NCBI GenBank assembly: GCA_050952625.1
Contig: JBMNLH010000001.1
Span: 1,024,001-1,088,000, forward strand
Length of the DNA: 64,000 bases
Origin: Bacillota bacterium
Lineage (GTDB): Bacteria > Bacillota > Ch66 > Ch109
Direction of reading: 5' to 3'
Of this stretch, positions 55,663 through 64,000 are shown piece by piece (within the stretch, counting starts at the first letter, position 1; each line of letters opens with the position of its first letter). The notes under the pieces were generated by a model, which did no database searches, was not told where the DNA came from, and saw only the letters and a program-made list of their open reading frames with translations. A program made the position numbers and the translations under genes.

Positions 55663-56610
55663 ATGTTGCTAGGGAAGCCCTTCCGGCCCATGGAGCCGGT
55701 TCGTTATGCGGAACCTTTTGATTCGCCGGAATGGGGATTTCAGGTTAAGTGGGATGGCGTTCGTATCCTAGTCCATAAGCTGGGCCAGAAGGTAGTTTTA
55801 TATAATAAGAAACTCCACGAACGAACCAATCAATACCCGGACCTGATTGAGGAATGCCTGGCAGTCCTGGGCTGTCAGGAGGCAGTGCTGGATGGGGAGG
55901 TAGTCGTTCTGGCTGAAGGAAGGCCTCATTTTGCGCGGGTCCTGCAGCGGGACTGGGCGACTAACCCGAGGACGATCCGCAGTTTGGTTCAACAATTGCC
56001 AATCGCTTATATGGTTTTTGATCTGTTGCATCTTGATGGTGTCGACTTAACCAATCTTTCCTTTTGTCAACGCCAGGAATACCTCCAGCAGTTAGTTGCC
56101 CCGGGATCAATTATCTATCCGGTAGAAACAGTGCTGGGAACCGGTCGATCAATCTTTACTGCTGTAGTGAACCGTAATCTGGAAGGAATAGTGGCCAAGC
56201 GGTTAACCAGCACCTACCTCCTGGGACAGAAATCAGACTTGTGGCGCAAGATCAAGAACGTTAAACAACAATCCTTTATTGTCGGAGGTTATTTAATCAA
56301 AGAAGGCCGACCAAATTCTTTATTATTAGGTGCTTATGTAGAAAATGATTTGATATACGTGGGTCGGGTTAGTTCTGGTCTTTCTGCGGCACACTTAAAT
56401 CTGATCCGCGACCATTTTCCTCCGGATCCATCTGTTCCTTCACCTTTTCGAGATATCCCTCGTCTGCCTCCCGGAGAGACTGAGGTGCAGTGGTTGCCGC
56501 CCTGTTTGGTTGCCGTAGTTGAGTTTCTGGAATGGACCGATGACCTGAAAGTAAGACACCCGAAAATTATTGGTTTTTCAACAGATTCCCCTGAATCATG
56601 TACGTTGTAA
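55663..56610 (+). CDS. ligD: NHEJ ATP-dependent DNA ligase (stand-alone LigD ligase domain)
   Basis: KWDGVR, LDGE, FDLL, EGIVAK, W.KIK and RHP motifs. Confidence 0.9.
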   Translation: MLLGKPFRPMEPVRYAEPFDSPEWGFQVKWDGVRILVHKLGQKVVLYNKKLHERTNQYPDLIEECLAVLGCQEAVLDGEVVVLAEGRPHFARVLQRDWATNPRTIRSLVQQLPIAYMVFDLLHLDGVDLTNLSFCQRQEYLQQLVAPGSIIYPVETVLGTGRSIFTAVVNRNLEGIVAKRLTSTYLLGQKSDLWRKIKNVKQQSFIVGGYLIKEGRPNSLLLGAYVENDLIYVGRVSSGLSAAHLNLIRDHFPPDPSVPSPFRDIPRLPPGETEVQWLPPCLVAVVEFLEWTDDLKVRHPKIIGFSTDSPESCTL

Positions 56611-56700
56611 CAGCATTTATGACCTTAATTATTTATACACATACTTATATTGCTTATACCGCAAGCCAACTACTCTCAGATAATGACTAGGAGGGAAACG

Positions 56701-57609
56701 GTGCAGGTTCAAATCAATGACAATAGTGTCCAGTTTACTAACTTGGAAAAAGTATTCTGGCCGGAAGAGGGGTATACCAAGCTGGATGTCTTAAACTACT
56801 ACACTCAGGTGGCTCCTTTTCTATTACCCCACCTGCGGGACAGGCCAATGGTCATGGTTCGTTATCCCAATGGGATTACCGGCCACCATTTTTATCAGAA
56901 GGAGTGTCCGGATTATGCCCCGGACTGGGTGCGGACCATTAGCCTCGAACACAGCGGGGGGAAACGGATCCATTACTGCCTGTGCAATAACCTGGAAACC
57001 CTGCTTTGGCTGGTAAATCAAGGCGCAATTGAGCTTCACCCCTGGCTATCCCGTTATCAGAGTGACAATTATCCCGATTTTTTAGTCTTCGATTTGGATC
57101 CGGATCCACCATCTGCTTTCCCAGACACTATTCCTTTAGCCCTGGTTTTAAAAGAAGCCTTGGCAGAATTCGATCTGCAGGGTTTCGTTAAAACCTCTGG
57201 AGCAACTGGTCTGCATCTTTACGTTCCGATCATGCCGCAATACCCTTATTCAGTAATTACCCAGGCTGCTGGTTTTCTGGCAAGCTTAGTCGCCGAGGCT
57301 TACCCCCGGCAGGCCACTGTTGAGCGAATGGTCCGCAACCGAGGAGGTCGCGTTTATCTTGATTATTTGCAGAACGGTCGGGGTAAGACCCTGGCTTCTG
57401 TGTACTGCTTGCGTCCAATACCCGGCAGCCCAGTATCCATGCCGGTAACTTGGGAGGAACTAACCCAAACAAAAGTTAACCTTGATCCGACCTACTTTAC
57501 TCTTAAAACTGCGCCGAGCCAACTCCAGCAAAGAGGTGATTTATTTGCCCCGGTCCTGTCTATTAAGCAGAGTATAGATCGTTTGGTCAAAGCGGCAGGG
57601 ATTAGGTAA
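56701..57609 (+). CDS. ligD: NHEJ primase-polymerase (stand-alone LigD POL domain)
   Basis: TNLEKVFWP, RYP.G, FYQK, FDLDP, KTSG..GLH and DYLQN..GKT motifs; GTG at 56701 follows AGGAGG. Confidence 0.92.
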   Translation: MQVQINDNSVQFTNLEKVFWPEEGYTKLDVLNYYTQVAPFLLPHLRDRPMVMVRYPNGITGHHFYQKECPDYAPDWVRTISLEHSGGKRIHYCLCNNLETLLWLVNQGAIELHPWLSRYQSDNYPDFLVFDLDPDPPSAFPDTIPLALVLKEALAEFDLQGFVKTSGATGLHLYVPIMPQYPYSVITQAAGFLASLVAEAYPRQATVERMVRNRGGRVYLDYLQNGRGKTLASVYCLRPIPGSPVSMPVTWEELTQTKVNLDPTYFTLKTAPSQLQQRGDLFAPVLSIKQSIDRLVKAAGIR

Positions 57610-57674
57610 GAGAATAGGATAAAAGACAGCGGGGTAATCTATTATTACTAATACTGGTGAAAGGAGTCAAAACC

Positions 57675-58496
57675 ATGACCGGATTTCCGATAGGTTTAAC
57701 TGTCTTAATAATCATCTCCGTTCTTATCTTTTTTGGTTTGGCACATCGGGTCCTGGATCGTTTACATCTTTCTGATAAGACAGCTCTAGTCATAATTGTG
57801 GCCATGGCGGTAGGCAGTTTTATTGACATTCCGCTAGGAGCCAGGGCCAGCCTGAATGTCGGGGGAGGTTTAATTCCGATTGGTCTGGCTATCTACGTCC
57901 TGAGCCGAGCCGGAACAAGCCGAGAGTGGGGGAGGGGGGTATTTGCTGCCGTGGTTACGGCCGGAGCCTTATACGGGGCCAATCGGTTAATTGGACCAGA
58001 TCCGGAGACCATGGCGATTGATCCGTTATATGTTTACCCGTTGATTGCCGGTCTTGTGGCTTATCTGATTGGTCGTTCACGCCGGACCGCTTTTGTTGCC
58101 GCTACTTTAGGCGTTGTGCTCCTTGATATCGGCTTGCTGGTCTGGCAGACGCGTACTGGTACACCGGGAACCGTTGCCCTCGGTGGAGCCGGGGCATTTG
58201 ACACCATTGTACTGGCCGGAGTAATTGCGGTTCTGTTGGCAGAATTAATTGGCGAGACCCGGGAAAGACTGCAGGGTGGACCAGCCGAAACAGGACGACC
58301 CCGAGCACTCCTGGAAAACCTTCGCGGTTCTAGTCTAAGGGCCAAACTTAAGCCGGTTCCAGAAAAGAAACCAATGTTTTCGACGACAGAATCGGTGAAC
58401 AAACCGGTCGGAAAAGATAACGACCAAGATCAAAAGGGCCGATCAACCTTGGCCCAAAATGATAATCCCAACGACAGGAGGGATTCGGGTGTTTAA
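57675..58496 (+). CDS. DUF1614-family membrane protein
   Basis: FFGLA.RVLDRL.L, NVGG..IP and GGAGAFD motifs. Confidence 0.82.
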   Translation: MTGFPIGLTVLIIISVLIFFGLAHRVLDRLHLSDKTALVIIVAMAVGSFIDIPLGARASLNVGGGLIPIGLAIYVLSRAGTSREWGRGVFAAVVTAGALYGANRLIGPDPETMAIDPLYVYPLIAGLVAYLIGRSRRTAFVAATLGVVLLDIGLLVWQTRTGTPGTVALGGAGAFDTIVLAGVIAVLLAELIGETRERLQGGPAETGRPRALLENLRGSSLRAKLKPVPEKKPMFSTTESVNKPVGKDNDQDQKGRSTLAQNDNPNDRRDSGV

Positions 58497-60015
58497 AAAG
58501 CTAACCGGTTTAATTCTAATCTCGGTTTTTCTAGCCACGGCCGGGGTAGCAGCTGGAATGAGTATTGCCAATTTGCATTTATCGGAAATAACAGTTCCCG
58601 TATTAAATCCGCTTTCCTGGTTTAGTTCCGAAGGAGAGGAACGGACGGATGGTGGGCACTATGCGTTGGTTAACGAACAAGGTCAAGTTCTAGATCAAAC
58701 AGCAAGGCGGGTTTATGAGGGTGACGAATTCATTGATGCGGATAACAAACACTACCGAGTAACCAAAGTAGTCGGTGACATTGCCCATTGCGAGTATCTT
58801 GGTATAGCAAGCCTGGCCTGGGAGGAAACCGAATTATCCCCAAATAATGAACTAGCGATACCGGTGGCAACAAGTAAGCCTTTAGTGGGAATTTATCATA
58901 CCCATGGGGATGAGTCTTACCTGCCGTCACAGGGAGTGTCCTCGGTGGCTGCCGGAAAAAAAGGTGGGGTTACTGAAGTGGCTGTTGCTTTAAAGGATAA
59001 ACTTGAATCAATTGGTATCCCAACAGCTTACAATGATGCTCTCCATGCCCCTCATGATAGCGGTGCTTATCACCGATCTCGTCGCACCGCTAGCGCGCTG
59101 ATGAAACAAGGGGCTCAGGTTTTGATAGATGTTCACCGGGATTCAGCGCCGGCCCAAGCTTACCGAACCGAGATCAATGGCCAACAAGTGGCCCGGGTTA
59201 AATTAGTGGTTGGCCGCCGCAACCCGAATAGTTCAGCAAATTTGGGTTATGCCAAAAAAGTCAAAGCTTTCCTGGATCAAAACTTTCCCGGTTTAGCTAA
59301 GGGAATCTTTGTCGGCCGGGGTGTTTACAACCAAGATCTTCGGCCCACCTGTATCCTGCTAGAAGTCGGATCCAATCAAACCACCCTGGGAGAAGCTAAA
59401 GCGGCCGTAGGTTTATTTGCTGACACGCTGCCCAAAATAACCGGCATCAACTCTCAAACCGGAGCGCGACAGGTTAGTCAAACCGCCGATGAAGGCAGTA
59501 ACTGGAGGTCCCTGGGTTGGTTGATCGCGGCAGTTATTATCGGAGGAGCTGGATACCTGCTAATTAGTACTGGTAGTTTTAAAGGAGCGATTAATAAAAT
59601 GAAACATTTTGGCGGCTCAGAGTGGACCAATTTTTTTGGTCGCCGGCGCACCCGGGAGGTAATTAAGAAGGAAGAGATTTCCGGTCCCTTAGCTTCAATA
59701 TCTGATTCAATTGATTCTAGTGATTCGCTGCAAGCTGATTCTTCAAAGAATGATCGACAGAATCAGGATCGGCCTCGGAACAATGCAGAACAACCTTTTT
59801 TACACGAGGATAATGATCATCGAAATAATCAAAATCATTCAACTGCCTCCGGCGTAACTAGCCAAACTGAGACCCAAACTCAAAGGGAGTATATTTGGGA
59901 GCCAAGCGTTGAGTTGACTCCAAATGAGCCAATAGAGCGGGGCTTAAACAAGAATGAGAATCAAAAACAAAATCAAAGTCACAATGAAAGCACGGATGGT
60001 GGACAGCTTAACTAA
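58489..60015 (+). CDS. spoIIP: Stage II sporulation protein P with a C-terminal TM helix and polar tail
   Basis: IYHTH.DESY, AY.RSR, IDVHRD and YNQDL....LLEVG motifs; GTG start at 58489. Confidence 0.9.
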   Translation: MFKKLTGLILISVFLATAGVAAGMSIANLHLSEITVPVLNPLSWFSSEGEERTDGGHYALVNEQGQVLDQTARRVYEGDEFIDADNKHYRVTKVVGDIAHCEYLGIASLAWEETELSPNNELAIPVATSKPLVGIYHTHGDESYLPSQGVSSVAAGKKGGVTEVAVALKDKLESIGIPTAYNDALHAPHDSGAYHRSRRTASALMKQGAQVLIDVHRDSAPAQAYRTEINGQQVARVKLVVGRRNPNSSANLGYAKKVKAFLDQNFPGLAKGIFVGRGVYNQDLRPTCILLEVGSNQTTLGEAKAAVGLFADTLPKITGINSQTGARQVSQTADEGSNWRSLGWLIAAVIIGGAGYLLISTGSFKGAINKMKHFGGSEWTNFFGRRRTREVIKKEEISGPLASISDSIDSSDSLQADSSKNDRQNQDRPRNNAEQPFLHEDNDHRNNQNHSTASGVTSQTETQTQREYIWEPSVELTPNEPIERGLNKNENQKQNQSHNESTDGGQLN

Positions 60016-60037
60016 ATCGGGTTAGGGTTGAAGACGA

Positions 60038-60928
60038 TTGGAACAGTATCAGGCAAGTATTTTAGTGGGGGTAACAGTGGGTTTTCTGGCACGCCTCTAC
60101 CTGTTAAAGGTTGATTACCGCCAGTACCCGAGCTACCCTCACGGTTATGTAACCCATATTTCCTTTGGTTTTATCGCCTCCGCCATCGGGGCGGTAGCCA
60201 TCCCGGCCATTATGAAACCAGATTTTACGGCAGTAACCTTTCTGGCTTTAGCAGCCACTCAGTTTCGGGAAGTCCGCCAAATGGAACGCGAAACTTTAGG
60301 CAAGTTGGACGAGTCAGAACTGGTCCCGCGGGGTAATGACTACATTGAAGGAATTGCCCGGGTTTTTGAAGCCCGTAATTATCTAGTGATGGCTGTAGCC
60401 ATGGTTAGCAGTCTGGTTACTTATTTGGTAGATTGGACCTTCGGGGTAGCGGCCGGAGCAATCGCGCAAATAATTGCACTAGAATTAATGAGTGGCGAGG
60501 TAGTTGGAGACATTGCTGAGGTTATTCCGAGCCGGCCAGTTTTTAATGGGGCTTTGTTAACCGTCGGCGGGGTTGTCATAATGAACATTGGCCTGCCCGA
60601 GCACCGGGAAAAAGTATTAAAAGAAGGTTTGGGTGCTTTGATAAAACCCAAAGATGACAATGCCCGGGCGACTTTGGACAACCTTGGTCAACGTCAAGCT
60701 ATCCTGCATGTCGCGGCAGCCTTATTAGGGTCAAAAAGAGAAATCGGCGAGTGGGAGTTTGCACCCTTGGTCCGCAAGGATATTAATACTGGAGTGCTCG
60801 CCATCTTTCTGTTGCCGATTGAGCCCGATATGGAGTGTTTGATTGAGGCCATTAATCGGGTGCCAGTATTGGAAAGCTCTAAGCGACGTCCCCTGTCTTC
60901 GCGGGTTGGCCGCCAAGCTGCGGATTAG
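60038..60928 (+). CDS. YIEGIA-family protein
   Basis: DYRQYPSYP and a literal YIEGIA motif. Confidence 0.93.
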   Translation: MEQYQASILVGVTVGFLARLYLLKVDYRQYPSYPHGYVTHISFGFIASAIGAVAIPAIMKPDFTAVTFLALAATQFREVRQMERETLGKLDESELVPRGNDYIEGIARVFEARNYLVMAVAMVSSLVTYLVDWTFGVAAGAIAQIIALELMSGEVVGDIAEVIPSRPVFNGALLTVGGVVIMNIGLPEHREKVLKEGLGALIKPKDDNARATLDNLGQRQAILHVAAALLGSKREIGEWEFAPLVRKDINTGVLAIFLLPIEPDMECLIEAINRVPVLESSKRRPLSSRVGRQAAD

Positions 60929-61026
60929 CCAGTTCAATTATTAGGTTCGAATAACAACAGCAGCATCACGAAAATATAAAGTTATAAAAAACACCACCGA
61001 AATAACGAAAAAGGCTGGCTTATGTC

Positions 61027-61221
61027 ATGTCTACTCAACCTAAAGAAACTGTATTAGCGATTGTGGCTTTGGGTCACGGAAAGGTGGCTGGTGGCGGAGC
61101 CCCGGTTTTTATCGTTGAAGATCAGGAGCAGCAAGAAAAGATATCTTTATACCTTAGCCGAGTTTTAAACGGAGCGATTCATGATCTGGAAAACGGGGTA
61201 TATATTATTGTCGGACATTAA
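61027..61221 (+). CDS. YIEGIA-associated small (capping) subunit
   Basis: LAIV...V.GG.P.F...HDLENGVYIIV.H; follows the YIEGIA gene. Confidence 0.82.
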   Translation: MSTQPKETVLAIVALGHGKVAGGGAPVFIVEDQEQQEKISLYLSRVLNGAIHDLENGVYIIVGH

Positions 61222-61222
61222 G

Positions 61223-61250
61223 TTTCACCCCTCACGCCTCACCTCTCACC
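61223..61250. repeat. Degenerate heptamer tandem repeat (YYTCACS x4)
   Basis: TTTCACC-CCTCACG-CCTCACC-TCTCACC. Confidence 0.7.
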
Positions 61251-61282
61251 ATATAACAGCTTAGGGACAAGGGGTGAACTGC

Positions 61283-61311
61283 TTGACGTCACCCGGTTTC
61301 TGGTACATAAT
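61283..61311 (+). promoter_or_regulatory. sigma-A promoter for DUF512-der
   Basis: TTGACG-N17-CATAAT. Confidence 0.65.
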
Positions 61312-61344
61312 GGAGTGAAGTTTAATCCAGCGGGGTGATGAAGA

Positions 61345-62727
61345 GTGGGTCAGGCCAAAAAGGTGCCTAAAGGGGCTTTGGTTTTTCAGATACAACCGGG
61401 GAGCCTGGCAGATAAAATAGGTCTTCAGCCCCAGGACATCATATTGTCGATAAACGGTAATGAAGTTAGGGATTTAATTGATTATCAATATTTGATGGCT
61501 GAAGAAAAAATAAAGCTGGATGTTCTCCACCCTGATGGAAATCGAGAATCATTATTGATTATTAAGGAAGAAGATGAGGATCTAGGGATTCGTTTTGAAG
61601 CGGCGGTTTTTGATGGGATTCGCCATTGCCAGAACCGCTGCTGTTTCTGTTTCGTTGATCAGCTTCCTTCGGGTTTACGTTCCAGTCTATATCTAAAAGA
61701 TGATGACTATCGTTTGTCATTTTTACATGGTAATTTCGTCACCCTGAATAACCTGCGGGAAGATGATCTGGAGCGGATCCTGAAGTGGCATTTAAGCCCG
61801 CTCTATGTATCAGTTCACACCACCGACCCAGAACTGCGGCCTCGGCTGATGGGCAACCGGCACGCTGGTCGGATTATGGAACATCTGAAACGTTTAAGTG
61901 CCGGCGGGATAACTATTCATGCCCAAATTGTTCTTTGTCCGGGTCTTAATGATCGGGCTTATTTGCAACAGACCATTCTTGATCTGGCTAGATTGGGGCC
62001 CAATATTGCTTCAGTAGGCGTGGTTCCAGTTGGCCTGACTCGCTATCGAGAAAATCTAACAAACTTACGCAGTTTTACAGCCGAGGAAGCTCGGGATTGT
62101 ATTGAGCTGATTCAGCAACTCCAGCTTAAATTTAAACGTCAGCGTGGCGAGCGATTTGTTTTCCTGTCTGATGAGTTTTATCTATTAGCCGGAGTTAACT
62201 TTCCGGCTCGAGAGTTTTATGAAGATTTTCCCCAGCTAGAAAATGGAGTAGGGCTATCCCGGTTATTCTTAGACGAATTCAACAAATTAGCGGCTCAATT
62301 ACCCAAAAGTCTTGATCATGCCCAAGAAGTATTAGTGATAACCGGTCAACTTGGCTATTTGGTTTTAAAACAAGTACTGCCGGCTTTCGAAGAGATTGAC
62401 CAGCTTAAGGTTAAGCTGCACACAGTGGACAACCTCTTTTTCGGACCAGGGATTACCGTTACCGGCCTATTAACCGGTCAGGATATCTACCACTCGTTAA
62501 CTAAGTCTTTGACTAACCGACCAGACCGGGTTATTATTTCAGAGGTAATGGTAAAAACGGGAACCACTTTGTTCCTGGATGATTGGACGGTCAATGACCT
62601 TGAAGAACGTCTAGGGGTTTCGGTTCAGGTTGCCTCGAACAACGCTCGGGGACTAATTGAAGCAGTAATCAATAGGAAACTTACTAGACTTCCCCGCAGA
62701 CGTTCGTTGCGATCGAGGTATAAATAG
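61345..62727 (+). CDS. PDZ / radical-SAM / DUF512 Fe-S protein
   Basis: N-terminal PDZ domain; CQNRCCFCFVDQLP, KDDDYRLSFL.GNF and QLENGVG motifs. Confidence 0.9.
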   Translation: MGQAKKVPKGALVFQIQPGSLADKIGLQPQDIILSINGNEVRDLIDYQYLMAEEKIKLDVLHPDGNRESLLIIKEEDEDLGIRFEAAVFDGIRHCQNRCCFCFVDQLPSGLRSSLYLKDDDYRLSFLHGNFVTLNNLREDDLERILKWHLSPLYVSVHTTDPELRPRLMGNRHAGRIMEHLKRLSAGGITIHAQIVLCPGLNDRAYLQQTILDLARLGPNIASVGVVPVGLTRYRENLTNLRSFTAEEARDCIELIQQLQLKFKRQRGERFVFLSDEFYLLAGVNFPAREFYEDFPQLENGVGLSRLFLDEFNKLAAQLPKSLDHAQEVLVITGQLGYLVLKQVLPAFEEIDQLKVKLHTVDNLFFGPGITVTGLLTGQDIYHSLTKSLTNRPDRVIISEVMVKTGTTLFLDDWTVNDLEERLGVSVQVASNNARGLIEAVINRKLTRLPRRRSLRSRYK

Positions 62728-62766
62728 GGTTTACTCAATAATCAAATCGTATTCTGGAGGAATCAA

Positions 62767-64000
62767 ATGGCACGGCCAGTTGTCGCGATTGTAGGACGCC
62801 CGAATGTTGGTAAATCAACCCTTTTTAACCGGATAACCGGGGGGATGACCGCGATTGTTGAGGATACCCCGGGAGTCACTAGAGACCGTCTCTACCGTCC
62901 AGGAGAATGGAGAGGACAGAAGTTTGTTCTAATTGATACGGGAGGGATTGTTCCAGATCCTGGAGAGAGCGTCATCCTGACTCAGACCAGGAAGCAGGCT
63001 GAAATAGCGATCGAAGAAGCAGATTTGATTTTGCTGGTCCTGGATGCCCGAGCTGGCATTACTACTGAAGACGAGGCTATTGCTTCGGTGTTGCGCCGGA
63101 CCCCGAAGCCGGTCCTGGTGGTAGCCAATAAGGTAGACGATTTTAACAAACCACCAAATTATTACGAGTTAATGGGTCTTGGCTTAGGGGAACCGGTACC
63201 GGTTTCCGCGGCCCAAGGCCTTAATGTGGGCGACCTGCTCGATATGATCGTTGAGCGATTACCTAAGGCAGACGTAGAAGAAATAGATGAGGACGTTATT
63301 CATATTGCCGTAATTGGTCGACCTAATGTCGGTAAGTCATCTTTAGTAAACGCTTTTCTCGGGGAGGAACGGGTGATTGTGAGCGAAATTCCAGGGACAA
63401 CCCGAGATGCGATTGATACTCCTTTTGAGAGGGACGGCCAGCGGTACGTTTTAATTGATACCGCGGGATTACGCCGCAAAGCTAGAATCGGCATAGGGAC
63501 TGAGCGTTATAGTGTGATTCGGACTCTAAGAGCCATTGACCGTTGCGATGTCGTCTTAATGGTCATAGACGCAACAGAGGGAGTAACTGAACAGGATAAA
63601 AAGATCGCTGGTTATGCTCATGAAGCCGGGAAAGCTACAATTTTGGTAATTAATAAGTGGGATCTAGTGATCAAGGATGAACGGACGATGAATAAATACG
63701 ATAAAGAAGTGCGGAATGACTTGCTGTTTTTACAGTACGCCCCCACTATTTATGTTTCAGTCAAGACCCGCCAACGGCTAGGCAAGGTTTTAGAACTGGT
63801 GGATTTTGTCGCGGAGCAACATTCCACTCGGGTTACTACTTCGACGTTAAACGAAGTTTTGAATGAGGCAACCCAATTAAACCCGCCACCGGGAGATAAA
63901 GGCAAGCGATTAAGGGTTCTTTATGGGACCCAAGTTCAAGTCAAGCCGCCGACTTTTGTGATATTTGTTAATGATCCTGAGTTGCTTCATTTTTCTTACC
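62767..64000 (+). CDS. der: Ribosome biogenesis GTPase Der (EngA), truncated by the window end
   Basis: Manual translation [22 protein letters not shown]...; second GRPNVGKSS at about 63315; DTAG and NKWD motifs; open to the window end. Confidence 0.96.
   Translation, partial: MARPVVAIVGRPNVGKSTLFNRITGGMTAIVEDTPGVTRDRLYRPGEWRGQKFVLIDTGGIVPDPGESVILTQTRKQAEIAIEEADLILLVLDARAGITTEDEAIASVLRRTPKPVLVVANKVDDFNKPPNYYELMGLGLGEPVPVSAAQGLNVGDLLDMIVERLPKADVEEIDEDVIHIAVIGRPNVGKSSLVNAFLGEERVIVSEIPGTTRDAIDTPFERDGQRYVLIDTAGLRRKARIGIGTERYSVIRTLRAIDRCDVVLMVIDATEGVTEQDKKIAGYAHEAGKATILVINKWDLVIKDERTMNKYDKEVRNDLLFLQYAPTIYVSVKTRQRLGKVLELVDFVAEQHSTRVTTSTLNEVLNEATQLNPPPGDKGKRLRVLYGTQVQVKPPTFVIFVNDPELLHFSY

Noticed and set aside
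2736-63494. Numerous 60-130 aa ORFs overlapping or antisense to the called genes
   Set aside because: They lie inside well-supported genes, and I saw no recognisable motifs in them; treated as shadow ORFs

Overview
Core-genome segment of an endospore-forming, anaerobic Bacillota (Clostridia-like; this is inferred from gene content and order). Nearly all genes are on the + strand. The sporulation block runs spo0A, nudF, spoIIM, xerD, deoB, pdp, dacF, spoIIAA-AB-sigF, dodecin, spoVAC-D-E and a SpoVAEa-SpoVAF fusion, followed by lysA. Next is a partly decayed accessory island: a YjiM/double-cubane-type reductase, a 25-codon activase relic, a TOBE/Mop gene broken by two TGA codons, and an intact ABC importer. 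The rest is CCA-adding enzyme, trpS, scpAB, ytfI, gerW, spmAB, rluB, a FadR-box-controlled 2-oxoacid:ferredoxin oxidoreductase operon, larB, hutP-aroH-aroF-cmk-plsC-ispH/rpsA, mobA, fni, a split NHEJ locus (Ku, ligase, polymerase), spoIIP, YIEGIA genes and a partial der. I saw no tRNA, rRNA, CRISPR array or intact transposase. Items missing from the ORF track: an MciZ-like 42-aa ORF, a 50-aa ORF with a strong RBS, a CTG-initiated Ku N-terminus, three families of dispersed intergenic repeats (one IS200/IS605-end-like) and three candidate RNA switches (between spoIIAA and spoIIAB, in the lysA leader, and after a possible Sec UGA upstream of mobA). No clearly new multi-gene system is proven; the RNA-level candidates are the best leads. 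All calls come from manual reading and recalled family motifs, with no searches run.
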